NCBI GenBank assembly: GCA_913051545.1
Contig: CAJXCD010000002.1
Span: 152,220 to 216,219, forward strand
Source: an uncultured Chloroflexota bacterium
GTDB lineage: Bacteria > Chloroflexota > Dehalococcoidia > Lucifugimonadales > CAJXCD01
DNA: 64,000 bases
Direction: 5' to 3'
Part shown: in pieces, positions 54,747 through 64,000 of the stretch
How the letters are laid out: each line of letters opens with the position of its first letter
How positions within the stretch are numbered: position 1 is the stretch's first letter
Notes under the pieces: generated by a model
The model's input: the letters and a program-made list of their open reading frames with translations, nothing else
What the model was told of the DNA's origin: nothing
The model's database searches: none
Position numbers and translations under genes: made by a program

Positions 54747-55895
54747 TTAATTCTCGTCCAGTATTTTCTTAGATATAATTTCTCGCATCATCTCTGATGT
54801 GCCTGCAGCTATAGTCCAGAGTCTATAGTCTCTAGAGAAGCGTTCAACAGGTGTCTCTCTCATATACCCATAACCACCATGGAATTGAACTGCTTCATAT
54901 GCGACTCGGTTAGCTGCTTCAGTTGAGAATAGTTTAGCCATTGACACTTCTTTTATACAGTCTTTTCCTAACGATAGTTTTGAAGCAGCACTGTAGTTTA
55001 ACTGGCGAGCTGCCTCAAGCTCGGTTGCTAAGTTTGCGACTCTATGTCTTAGAGATTGTCGCTTAGAAAGTACATCTCCAAATGTCTCACGTTGATTCAA
55101 ATATCGAACGCTGTCATTGAGGGCTTGACTTGCTGCTGATACGCTTAGTATTGCCGAGAGCAGTCGTTCTCTTTGGAGTCCAGCAGCTAGTTGATAGAAG
55201 CCTTTGTTTTCTTCTCCTATTAGATTGTCTGAAGTAACTCTAACGTCTTGAAATACTAGCTCTGCTGTATCAGATGACCACATTCCTGTTTTATCTAATT
55301 TGCGACTTACAGTGAGTCCTGGAGTTCCTTTTTCTACTATGAATTGGGATAATTGTTTGTGAATAGGTCCTGTGTTATTAGTTCTTGCTGATACGAAATA
55401 TAAGTCTCCATATACGCCGTTAGTAATAAATGTTTTAGTTCCATTAATTAGCCAACCTGAGTCATCTTTTTGGGCTGTTGTTTGGTAAGCTGCCATGTCT
55501 GATCCGACATTTGGCTCCGTTATTGCCAATGCACACACTTTGGTACCTTGGACTATATCTGGAATAAACCTTTTCTTCTGTTGAGTGGTTCCTAAATTTG
55601 ATAGCCAGGGTGATGACATATCTGTGTGTACCACTACACTGAATGCTACGCCTCCCGCTCGGCACATTGCCATTTCCTCAGCCAATACTATGGACATCCA
55701 TAGGTCTGCACCAGATCCACCATATTCTGTGTCGAACTCTATTCCGAGAAATCCCAATTCACCCATTTGTCTAAATAGGTTTCTTGGTATCTCACCATTA
55801 GTTTCCCACTCGTCTACATTAGGAACTATTTCTTCCTGTACAAACCTTCGAATATTTTGTCGAAAAAGCTCATGTTCTTCTCTGAAAAAATCCAT
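54747..55895 (-). CDS. acyl-CoA dehydrogenase
   Basis: FREEHELFRQNIRRFVQEEI, CALAITEPNVGSD, GTKTFITNG and QFHGGYGYM, with the C-terminal IAAGTSEMMR motif. Confidence 0.9.
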   Translation of the reverse strand: MDFFREEHELFRQNIRRFVQEEIVPNVDEWETNGEIPRNLFRQMGELGFLGIEFDTEYGGSGADLWMSIVLAEEMAMCRAGGVAFSVVVHTDMSSPWLSNLGTTQQKKRFIPDIVQGTKVCALAITEPNVGSDMAAYQTTAQKDDSGWLINGTKTFITNGVYGDLYFVSARTNNTGPIHKQLSQFIVEKGTPGLTVSRKLDKTGMWSSDTAELVFQDVRVTSDNLIGEENKGFYQLAAGLQRERLLSAILSVSAASQALNDSVRYLNQRETFGDVLSKRQSLRHRVANLATELEAARQLNYSAASKLSLGKDCIKEVSMAKLFSTEAANRVAYEAVQFHGGYGYMRETPVERFSRDYRLWTIAAGTSEMMREIISKKILDEN

Positions 55896-55951
55896 TATTT
55901 ATCCGTTCTTGCGAAAATAATTTAAGTCTGAAAGTTTATTGATGACAAGTT

Positions 55952-57583
55952 TCATTTGGATTTGTTATCAATTCTCCTAAGCTCAGATCTTCGTATTTTC
56001 CCGCTTATAGTTTTAGGTAGATCTGATAGAAATTCTATTTCTCTCGGGTATTTATACGGGGCCGTCACTCGCTTGACGTGTTCTTGGAGTTCCACTACCA
56101 GTTCTTGAGATTCTTTGTTTGTAGATGCCAGTACAACGAAAGCTTTTACTATGGATCCACGAAGCACATCATCTTTGCCAATTACCGCGGCTTCAGCAAC
56201 GGCTGGATGTTCAACGAGTGCTGATTCAACTTCAAACGGCCCTATACGATAAGACGAACTGATTATAACGTCATCTGCTCTTCCCACAAACCAAAAATAT
56301 CCATCTTCGTCTTGGCTACAAAGATCTCCAGTGAAGTACCAGTCTCCTCTAAATGAAGTAGCATTAGCTTCGTTATTTTCCCAGTATCCAGGAAATAATC
56401 CGACTGGTCTTTGTGGATTCGTTCTGACTGCCAATTCCCCCTCTGTACCTGGTGGTAGTTCAATTCCATCTTCGTCAACTATGGCCATGTAGAATCCTGG
56501 TGCTGTTACACCCATGGAGGCTGGTTTGTGTTTCATTCCAGGAAATGTAGCTGCCAATAACACAGTTTCTGTTTGTCCGTACCCCTCCCATATATGATGG
56601 CCTGTGCCATCCTGCCATGATTCAATTACTTCAGGATTGACAGCTTCCCCAGCACCAACACAATGCCTAAGTGCTTTCGGATTATATTTATGCAGGTTGT
56701 CTTGGACGAGCATTCGGTACGCTGTAGGTGGTGCGAAGAAAGTACTTATCGGGTATTTCTCGAACATACGCATGGTAGATTCTGGATCAAATCTTCCTCT
56801 CTGGTCCCAGATGAATATGGCAGATCCCATGTTCCAGGGTGCGAATAGTGCTGTCCACGCGGCCTGTGCCCAACCAGTATCAGATAGTGTCCAGTGTAGG
56901 TCAGATGGATTGTTGTCTAACCAGAATTTGCCAGTTATTACATGCCCTATAGGATATGAAGAATGAGTGTTCATAACCATTTTGGGGAACCCTGTGGTAC
57001 CAGAAGTGAAATACAATACCAAAGGATCAGATGAAAGATTTTGTGGGTTTTCGAGGTTTGGTGACGCAGATGTCAGTAAATTTTCATATTCGAACGGACT
57101 TGTGGTTTTACCTATAACTACGATGTGCCTAAGTGAAGGGCAACGGCTACGTACAGATTCTATCTTGTCCAGATTGTCTGCATCAACTATAGCTATAGAG
57201 CTTTCAGAAACATTGATTCGGTACTCTATATCTTTTGGTGTGAGTAGAGTTGTGCCAGGTACGGGAACTGTCAGTGACCTCATGCATCCCAAGAATATTT
57301 CCCACCATTCCACGAGCCGAGGCAGCATAACAAAAATTTTGTCACCTGGTTTCGCTCCAAGTCCAGTTAGCATGTTGGCTACTTTACGTGAACGCTTTCC
57401 AAATTCACTAAAAGTTACTTCTCTTGACTCGCCGTTATCAGAAACCCAGACCATAGCAATCTTATTGGGGTCATCACCCCACTTGTCGAATACTTCATAT
57501 GCCCAGTTGTATCTTTCTGGAACATTCAATTGAAAGTCTCGGTATGTCTTTTTGTAATCCCCAATTTGGTAGTAAGAATTCAT
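55952..57583 (-). CDS. AMP-dependent acyl-CoA synthetase/ligase (medium-chain ACS-like)
   Basis: The AMP-binding motif YFTSGTTGFPKMV, then EGYGQTE, YFTGD, GRADDVI and the C-terminal PKTISGKIRR. Confidence 0.9.
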   Translation of the reverse strand: MNSYYQIGDYKKTYRDFQLNVPERYNWAYEVFDKWGDDPNKIAMVWVSDNGESREVTFSEFGKRSRKVANMLTGLGAKPGDKIFVMLPRLVEWWEIFLGCMRSLTVPVPGTTLLTPKDIEYRINVSESSIAIVDADNLDKIESVRSRCPSLRHIVVIGKTTSPFEYENLLTSASPNLENPQNLSSDPLVLYFTSGTTGFPKMVMNTHSSYPIGHVITGKFWLDNNPSDLHWTLSDTGWAQAAWTALFAPWNMGSAIFIWDQRGRFDPESTMRMFEKYPISTFFAPPTAYRMLVQDNLHKYNPKALRHCVGAGEAVNPEVIESWQDGTGHHIWEGYGQTETVLLAATFPGMKHKPASMGVTAPGFYMAIVDEDGIELPPGTEGELAVRTNPQRPVGLFPGYWENNEANATSFRGDWYFTGDLCSQDEDGYFWFVGRADDVIISSSYRIGPFEVESALVEHPAVAEAAVIGKDDVLRGSIVKAFVVLASTNKESQELVVELQEHVKRVTAPYKYPREIEFLSDLPKTISGKIRRSELRRIDNKSK

Positions 57584-57613
57584 TTATAAGAACCTCTATA
57601 GTGGGCGGCTAGC

Positions 57614-58714
57614 TCAGGATATATTTACCAATTCTGACAATATTGAACTGCGATGTTGGTCTAGTTTTGGAGCTATTGCGATCGGAGCAACTATTGAAGA
57701 TGAGACCTTAAAAGGCTGCGATAAATATTTATTAATACCTAATTCTACGAATGAACCTCTATCTTTGAAATGTGGAGAATCAAAGACTTCAGATAATTTT
57801 GTGACTCGGGCTGCAGGAACATCAGCTTTGATTAGAAGGGTTTCCCACTCTTTTGCTGATTTTGACTGAAACACGGTAACTAAAAGTTCACGTATATATT
57901 TGGCTTTCTTCAATCGATCTTCGAATATAAGATCGGACACATGAGATATATCTGCAGATTGGCAGAAATTTTTCCAGAAGTGATTTTCGTGCACTATGCC
58001 TAGACTTACCCATTCGCCGTCTGCGCACTGAAAAACTCCATAATGGGGTATGTAGGTTACATTCGGACTTCTGTCACTATCATCTGTTCCTATGCGACCA
58101 ATTTCAAGTCCTAACAGAGATAGAGCGGAGTCAGTCATAGATAAATCTAAGTAAGTACCAACACCTGAATCTTTAAGGCTCACTATTCCTGACAGTATTG
58201 CTATTGTTGCATACAGCCCCGAAGCTAGGTCTGATACTAGTATTGGTGGTGCATTGGGTATTGATCCAGTCATTGATTGGACATCTATATAACCTGATTT
58301 TGACAGATAGTCTATGTCATGTCCTGGTCTGCTTTTCCATGGTCCGTCCTGTCCAAACCCAGAAATAGAGCAATATACCAATCGTGGATTATATGAGGAA
58401 AGTGTATCGTAGTCGGCTTTTAGACGTTTTGATACACCAGGTCTAGATCCTTCTATAATTATGTCTGATTTACCGGTTAGTTTGGATAACGTGGAGTGTC
58501 CTTCGTTGGTTTTCAAATCTAACTCTATACTTTGTTTACCACGGTTAAGTGACTCGAACATTCCCGGGCTATGTCTCAGAGGGTCACCACCAGGTGGTTC
58601 TATCTTAATGACTTTGGCTCCGAGGTCGCTAAGTATCATCGAACAGAATGGACCAGGAACGTTTGTTGTGAGGTCTAAGACCGTGAGGCGCTTTAGTAAT
58701 TTTGTATCAGTCAT
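57614..58714 (-). CDS. family III CoA-transferase (CaiB/BaiF)
   Basis: LTVLDLTTNVPGPFCSMILSDLGAKVIKIEPPGGDP, LNRGKQSIELDL and GHDIDY. Confidence 0.85.
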   Translation of the reverse strand: MTDTKLLKRLTVLDLTTNVPGPFCSMILSDLGAKVIKIEPPGGDPLRHSPGMFESLNRGKQSIELDLKTNEGHSTLSKLTGKSDIIIEGSRPGVSKRLKADYDTLSSYNPRLVYCSISGFGQDGPWKSRPGHDIDYLSKSGYIDVQSMTGSIPNAPPILVSDLASGLYATIAILSGIVSLKDSGVGTYLDLSMTDSALSLLGLEIGRIGTDDSDRSPNVTYIPHYGVFQCADGEWVSLGIVHENHFWKNFCQSADISHVSDLIFEDRLKKAKYIRELLVTVFQSKSAKEWETLLIKADVPAARVTKLSEVFDSPHFKDRGSFVELGINKYLSQPFKVSSSIVAPIAIAPKLDQHRSSILSELVNIS

Positions 58715-58730
58715 ATAAAGTCTTTTTTTA

Positions 58731-59948
58731 TTATTGGTTAATCACATCATCTATACTACGCTTAGTTTCGTCAGAGAGTTTTTGAGCAGATGACACCGTT
58801 AGTATACCTACCAGAGTAGCAGTAGTTATACCACATATTAACAAGGTTGTTGTGGCTCCTATACCTTCAGTCATAGTTCCCATCATTAATCCACCAATTG
58901 CGCTGGATCCCCAACTTAATTGGTGGATACTCATGACCCTTCCTCTAAACTTATCGGACACCAGGCTTTGGACAAGAGTATTATTAATGGTTCCAAACAC
59001 TACGCTTAATCCACCAATTAATCCGATTGCAGCAATGGATCCTGGGAACCAACTTATTTGAGAAAATACAGCGAGACAGAGGCCAAATCCTATACCAGTA
59101 GATATCTGAGTTGGGATAGAGTTTTTTACATTACCAAAATATGCAAGCATCACCATACCCAATAAACCTCCGATTCCGGAACTAAGCTGCAGATTTAAAA
59201 AGTATTGGACATTACCTTTAGCAATTATTGGTAAAAGTGTTCCAAATGAGGATCCGAATATCCCTGTTGTTATCCCAGTTAGTATAAGAATCAATATTGG
59301 TTTATTTTCAAATATGTAGCGTAGTCCATTCAGCAAGTCTTCTATGGGTCGTATATTTCCTTTTATATAGACCTGTTTGATGGGTTTCATACGGAGCAAC
59401 ATGAAGACTGTTCCGATGTATGATGCCCCCACCAAAAAAAATAGACCTTCAATACCGAATATTCCTATTATTGGTCCGGATATGGAAGGTCCAATAACAT
59501 TAGCTCCACCCATTAAGAATGAGTACATGACTATGGCATTTAAAAGGTGCTTTGCAGGTACTAAATTAGGTACTATAGCCTGTCTGCTAGGTATGTCGAA
59601 TGCTACAAGAATCCCATATGTCGTAGATAAAAATATGAGGTGCCAGGGTTGTATCAAGTCATAATGAATTATTACCGCTGTGATCAGTGCTAAAACGGCA
59701 AATGTTGCACGACTATAAGTTACAAGTTTTAGGCGGTTGATCCTGTCTGCTAATACGCCCCCCCACATAGATAACAGAAGCATCGGCCCTGAACTAGATA
59801 AGGTAAGTAGTCCCAGCATAAATCCAGATCCAGTCATGCTATGCATAAGCCATAGGTGCCCAGCTAAAAGAGCCCATATTCCAATATTTGAAAATGCGGC
59901 TCCTATCCAAAATAGGCGGTATTCTCTGTATTTCAGGGAGGTAAACAT
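58731..59948 (-). CDS. MFS transporter
   Basis: About 12 TM segments. The N-terminus YREYRLFWIGAAFSNIGIW and the GGVLADRINR loop are typical of the MFS (EntS/MFS_3-like) family. Confidence 0.8.
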   Translation of the reverse strand: MFTSLKYREYRLFWIGAAFSNIGIWALLAGHLWLMHSMTGSGFMLGLLTLSSSGPMLLLSMWGGVLADRINRLKLVTYSRATFAVLALITAVIIHYDLIQPWHLIFLSTTYGILVAFDIPSRQAIVPNLVPAKHLLNAIVMYSFLMGGANVIGPSISGPIIGIFGIEGLFFLVGASYIGTVFMLLRMKPIKQVYIKGNIRPIEDLLNGLRYIFENKPILILILTGITTGIFGSSFGTLLPIIAKGNVQYFLNLQLSSGIGGLLGMVMLAYFGNVKNSIPTQISTGIGFGLCLAVFSQISWFPGSIAAIGLIGGLSVVFGTINNTLVQSLVSDKFRGRVMSIHQLSWGSSAIGGLMMGTMTEGIGATTTLLICGITTATLVGILTVSSAQKLSDETKRSIDDVINQ

Positions 59949-60205
59949 GCCTTATACATGATATGACAATTATGAATAAATGGCAGATTATAGATCCTTA
60001 ACATATATTACTAATATTACAACTTGATTGGGTTAGCTGAAGTACCTTATTGCACTGATTGACCCTAGATATGACTCAGTGTTACACTCTGCGCTGTTTC
60101 GTCGGGCTTTCAGCTTGGTGTGTTCGCGTTATTCTGTGACGATTTTATTGCAGTATATGTACATGCCACTTGCAGTAAAATTCTAGATAGGAGATTAAAT
60201 ATCTT

Positions 60206-62257
60206 ATGGCCTATAGGCTTGCTGTAGACGTTGGTGGTACATTTACGGATCTGGCGTTATATAATACTGATACAGGTACCATTGAATTTGGTAAAACCCC
60301 TTCCACGCCAACCAACCAGGCAATAGGTGTTACAAATGGAATTAATGATCTCGTAAAACAGTATAAATTCCAGGCAAAATCTATCAATTACCTGATTCAC
60401 GGCACTACAGTTGCGACCAATGTTTTACTTCAGCGTTCTGGCGCACGTACAGCTCTTATAGTCACTAAGGGGTTTAGGGATGTACTGCAGATAGCTAGAC
60501 AAGACAGACCTCATTTATACGACTGGCGTGAGCGTCGTCTACCTCCTTTAGTTCCTCGCAATCTAAGATTTGAAGTAGATGAACGTGTGAGATATACGGG
60601 TGAAATCTTAACTCCCCTAGATAAAGATGATGTTCGTTCGGTGATTGCTGAGCTTAGAGGCATGGATGTAGAGGCAGTGGCGGTATGTTTGTTACATTCT
60701 TACGCTAATCCTGAACACGAAAAATTTATTGGTGATGCACTGAATGATGGGCTACCTGGTATTCCAATATCTCTGTCACACGAAGTCTTACCTGAATTTA
60801 AAGAGTACGAACGGATGAGTACGACAACAATTAATGCTTATGTCTCCCCCAGTATGGGTCTCTACTTAGATGGTCTTCGCAAGAGAGTTTCTGAAATGGG
60901 TGTTTCATCCGAGGTATACCTCATGCAATCGAATGGAGGCACAACTTCAGCTCAAGTTGCTATTGATAAACCAATTCACACGATTCTTTCTGGTCCGGCT
61001 GCTGGTGTCATAGGAAGTGTTGCGTTGTCTAATGCGGCAGGGGAATTAAATACCATTTCAGTTGACATGGGCGGTACTAGCTTCGATGTCTGTCTGTCGT
61101 ATCAGGGTGAAGTACGGCGTTCCAAGGAGAGCGAGATAGATAATTTGCCCATAAAGGTTCCAATGGTTGATATACATACCCTTGGTGCCGGCGGTGGAAG
61201 TATAGCCTGGGTGGATCCTGGTGGGGCACTTAGAGTTGGACCTCAGAGTGCTGGAGCAGACCCTGGCCCCGCCGCATACGGTAAGGGAGGTAAGGAAGCT
61301 ACCGTAACTGATGCAAATTTGGTTCTTGGAAGATTGAACTCGGACAGTTTCTTAGGTGGTCGTATGGCTCTTGATATCGCTCTCGCAAAAGATGCAATCA
61401 TGTCAAAGATAGCGGATCCTCTCAGTTTAAGTTTGTATGAGGCCGCAGAAGGCATTGTACGAGTGGTTAATGCGAGTATGATGAAAGGCATAAGAGTTGT
61501 TTCTGTAGCTAAAGGTTATGACCCCAGAGAGTTTAGCTTAATTGCGTTTGGAGGAGCTGGTCCTCTTCATGCTGGTGAACTTGCTACAGAACTTGATATG
61601 CCTAAAGTACTGGTTCCTCTAGCTCCGGGAGTGACTTCGGCAGTTGGTTTATTGATGGCAGATTTAAGACATGATTATGTCAGAACCGTTTTGAAAGGTG
61701 GAGACAGTGTAACTACGGGTGAATTAAATTCTTTGTTTTATGATATGGAGAATGACGCGATTTCTCAGATGAAGGGTGAAGGTTTTGGTTCAGGAGAGAT
61801 TACCCTATTGAGAGTTGCAGACATAAGGTATGTTGGACAAGGATACGAATTTGAAATTCCAGTAGGTAATGACAAAATAGGAAGCGATCAACTCAAGGAT
61901 ATTTTTGAAAGATTCCATGATGCTCATAAAGGGTTATACGGTTATTCAAATCCTGAAAATCCAGTGGAGATTGTAAATATCAGGTTGGTGGCACTGGCAG
62001 AAACGTCAAGACCTGATTTAAGTCCAAAACGAATAGAGAATGCAACAGATCCTTCTAAAGCCGTTGTTGATCAGCGACCAGTGGTGTTCAGTGGAGATGC
62101 TGTTTCAACAGGAATATACGATAGAACTCGATTGGCGCCTGGTGATCTTATAAATGGACCGGCAGTTATAGAGCAGTTAGATTCCACAACCGTAGTATGG
62201 CCGCATCAGACTGCCCGGGTTGATGAGTACTCAAATCTTATATTGGAGGCAATCTGA
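60206..62257 (+). CDS. hyuA: hydantoinase/oxoprolinase family protein, A subunit (N-methylhydantoinase A/acetone-carboxylase-beta-like)
   Basis: The N-terminal YRLAVDVGGTFTDLAL, then HGTTVATNVLLQR, SVDMGGTSFDV and AFGGAGPLHA. 683 aa. Confidence 0.85.
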   Translation: MAYRLAVDVGGTFTDLALYNTDTGTIEFGKTPSTPTNQAIGVTNGINDLVKQYKFQAKSINYLIHGTTVATNVLLQRSGARTALIVTKGFRDVLQIARQDRPHLYDWRERRLPPLVPRNLRFEVDERVRYTGEILTPLDKDDVRSVIAELRGMDVEAVAVCLLHSYANPEHEKFIGDALNDGLPGIPISLSHEVLPEFKEYERMSTTTINAYVSPSMGLYLDGLRKRVSEMGVSSEVYLMQSNGGTTSAQVAIDKPIHTILSGPAAGVIGSVALSNAAGELNTISVDMGGTSFDVCLSYQGEVRRSKESEIDNLPIKVPMVDIHTLGAGGGSIAWVDPGGALRVGPQSAGADPGPAAYGKGGKEATVTDANLVLGRLNSDSFLGGRMALDIALAKDAIMSKIADPLSLSLYEAAEGIVRVVNASMMKGIRVVSVAKGYDPREFSLIAFGGAGPLHAGELATELDMPKVLVPLAPGVTSAVGLLMADLRHDYVRTVLKGGDSVTTGELNSLFYDMENDAISQMKGEGFGSGEITLLRVADIRYVGQGYEFEIPVGNDKIGSDQLKDIFERFHDAHKGLYGYSNPENPVEIVNIRLVALAETSRPDLSPKRIENATDPSKAVVDQRPVVFSGDAVSTGIYDRTRLAPGDLINGPAVIEQLDSTTVVWPHQTARVDEYSNLILEAI

Positions 62258-62258
62258 A

Positions 62259-64000
62259 GTGAAAACTAAAGCGGTAGATCCCGTTACATTAGAGGTGATG
62301 AGAAATGCCTTCTATTCAATAGCAGATGAAATGATTGCTGCTTTAATAAGAGCAAGTTACTCTACCAATATAAAAGATCGAAGGGATACTTCGTGTGCTA
62401 TATACACTGGTACGGGTGAAGTAGTAGTAGTTGCTCAAAGTGAAATTGGCACACCATTACATCTGGGGACCATGCATTCGGCAGTATTGTCAGCTATGGA
62501 GGTTTACCCATTTGATAAGTTGGAGCCTGGTGATGCAATTGCTTACAATTCCCCATATCCAGCTGGTCCGGGTCATCTTAACGATCTTTGTCTTATATCG
62601 CCAATTTTCTATAAAGGTGACCTAATAGCGATTACAGCTAATCAGGCTCATCATGTGGACATGGGTGGGTTTGCGCCTGGATCAATGCCATTTGGTGTGC
62701 GGGAAATATATCAGGAAGGACTTCAGATACCTCCTGTCAAACTTTTTAGAAATGGAGAGATTGATCCTGAATTATGGGCAATAATTGCTGAAAATGTTAG
62801 ACCAAGAGTTGAAGTTAGAGGAGACCTGTTAGCCCAGTTTGCAGCGAATACTGTTGGTTCAAGAAGGTTGGGTGAAATAGCTGATAAATATGGCATGGAA
62901 ACGGTCAGTATGTACTTGGACGAGATGCTTAATTATTCTGAGCGCCGAATGCGTGCAGCCTTGGCATCGATTCCAAAGGGGAAATACTATTATGAAGATG
63001 TAATGGAAGGGGATGGTGTAACTGAAGATTTTTATACTATACGGGTAACGGTGGAAGCTAATGGAGAAACAGTTAAGGCAGATTTTACTGAGAGTGATGA
63101 TGCATGCCTTGGTCCCTTAAATTGTCGTTGGCCATCAGTAGCAGCTAGTGTGTATTACGTCTTGAAAGGAGCACTTGACCCTGAACTTCCGCCAAATGCT
63201 GGTGCTTACAGGCCAGTAGAAGTTGAGGTACGTAAAGGGAGTTTATTATCTGCTGAATATCCTCAAGCCGTTTGTAACGCCAATATAGTAACTACTCAAC
63301 GAATTGTAGATGCTCTCCTAGGAGCGTTATCCCAGGCGATTCCGGATAAAGTGCAAGCAGCCTCTTCCGGGACTATGAATTTACTGAATATTGGTGGTGT
63401 AGACCCACGCAGTGGCACGTATTACAACTATATAGAGACCTACGCTGGAGGCCAGGGTGCTAATCCTGATGATGATGGAATGGATGCCGTACAAAATCAT
63501 ATGACTAATACTCGCAATGCTCCAGTGGAATCTATAGAAACTGCCTATCCATTAATAGTAGAAGCATATGAACTCATTCCGCACTCAGAAGGGCCTGGTA
63601 GAAATAGAGGCGGAGTTGGTCTCAGGCGAAAGGTTAAAGTTGAAGCAGATGAGGTTCAAATAACACTCAGTTCTGATAGAGCAAAAATTCAGCCATGGGG
63701 TCTTTTTGGTGGGTCGCCTGCCGCTACTTCTAGCTGCACTATAATTTCTCCCGACGGTAAGTCTGAACGTCTAAGGTCTAAAGTTACCACTAGGGTGGAA
63801 AAAGATCACGTCATAGTTAACGAGACATCAGGAGGTGGAGGGTGGGGTCCATCTAATGAGCGTGACCCTGAACTGATTAGGCGGGATGTTGTAGCCGGTT
63901 TGGTATCTATTCAGAGAGCCAAAGACGATTATTCAGTTGTTATTGAGGGTAGTACTTTCGATATTAATTGGGGAGAAACAGAGCGTTTACGCGGAGGCCA
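62259..64000 (+). CDS. hyuB: hydantoinase B/oxoprolinase family protein (3' end runs off the window)
   Basis: It is absent from the ORF track because no stop occurs before the window end. GTG 62259 lies 1 nt after the hyuA stop. My translation reads VKTKAVDPVTLEVMRNAFYSIADEM...NQAHHVDMGG...TSGGGGWGPSNERDPELIRRDVVAGLVSIQRAKDDYSVV, typical HyuB N- and C-terminal blocks. I checked the frame at two points. Confidence 0.85.
   Translation, partial: MKTKAVDPVTLEVMRNAFYSIADEMIAALIRASYSTNIKDRRDTSCAIYTGTGEVVVVAQSEIGTPLHLGTMHSAVLSAMEVYPFDKLEPGDAIAYNSPYPAGPGHLNDLCLISPIFYKGDLIAITANQAHHVDMGGFAPGSMPFGVREIYQEGLQIPPVKLFRNGEIDPELWAIIAENVRPRVEVRGDLLAQFAANTVGSRRLGEIADKYGMETVSMYLDEMLNYSERRMRAALASIPKGKYYYEDVMEGDGVTEDFYTIRVTVEANGETVKADFTESDDACLGPLNCRWPSVAASVYYVLKGALDPELPPNAGAYRPVEVEVRKGSLLSAEYPQAVCNANIVTTQRIVDALLGALSQAIPDKVQAASSGTMNLLNIGGVDPRSGTYYNYIETYAGGQGANPDDDGMDAVQNHMTNTRNAPVESIETAYPLIVEAYELIPHSEGPGRNRGGVGLRRKVKVEADEVQITLSSDRAKIQPWGLFGGSPAATSSCTIISPDGKSERLRSKVTTRVEKDHVIVNETSGGGGWGPSNERDPELIRRDVVAGLVSIQRAKDDYSVVIEGSTFDINWGETERLRGG

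Noticed and set aside
56967-57533. Long antisense ORFs (for example 56967..57533 + 188 aa; also 48841..49260 -, 29269..29679 +, 35018..35380 -, 37579..37908 +).
   Set aside because: Each is fully nested opposite a gene with clear family motifs. None has an RBS or a recognisable domain, and their composition is typical of shadow ORFs.
1-64000. Search for CRISPR arrays, transposases/integrases, phage genes, toxin-antitoxin or defence-system genes, and rRNA/tRNA.
   Set aside because: I saw no repeat-spacer periodicity, no DDE or tyrosine-recombinase motifs, and no nuclease/ATPase defence-type ORFs. The only HTH-XRE domain is part of the B12-binding regulator, not an antitoxin-sized gene.

Overview
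Dense, AT-rich (roughly 40% GC by eye) bacterial chromosomal window. I call about 58 protein-coding genes, most preceded by AGGAG-type ribosome-binding sites and many translationally coupled. I found no rRNA, tRNA, CRISPR array, transposase or integrase. The content is metabolic and accessory, with striking paralogue expansion: 4 PhyH-type Fe/2OG dioxygenases, 3 NHL beta-propeller proteins, 3 paralogous propeller+sandwich hydrolase-like proteins, and 2 each of DHDPS-like lyases, family III CoA-transferases, VOC proteins and SDRs. It also holds a DUF1800/DUF1501 pair and hyuA/hyuB. This profile resembles marine oligotrophic heterotrophs such as SAR202-type Chloroflexota, but that taxonomic guess is low confidence and comes from gene content only. 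Three things deserve a second look. (1) Nt 711-9270 holds a six-gene lipid-modification operon: membrane protein, acyl-ACP-desaturase-like di-iron protein, two CFA-synthase-family methyltransferases, COG2907 FAD oxidoreductase and DUF1365. It diverges from an operon encoding a YfcH-SRPBCC fusion and a regulator with a CarH-like cobalamin photoreceptor module (Wx9EH and DxHxxG motifs both present). That module is fused to a C-terminal XRE-type HTH instead of the canonical N-terminal MerR HTH, and a 14-nt inverted repeat sits in the shared promoter. (2) Nt 9325-9801 encodes a membrane-anchored thioredoxin-fold protein whose first redox cysteine codon is an in-frame TGA (UxxC). A SECIS-like hairpin follows it, so this is a candidate selenoprotein that the ORF track splits in two. 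(3) Nt 45510-48319 encodes a pair of surface proteins with PT-rich linkers and an unassigned C-terminal anchor/sorting-like tail. All functional calls come from reading motifs in the translated ORFs. No database search was possible.
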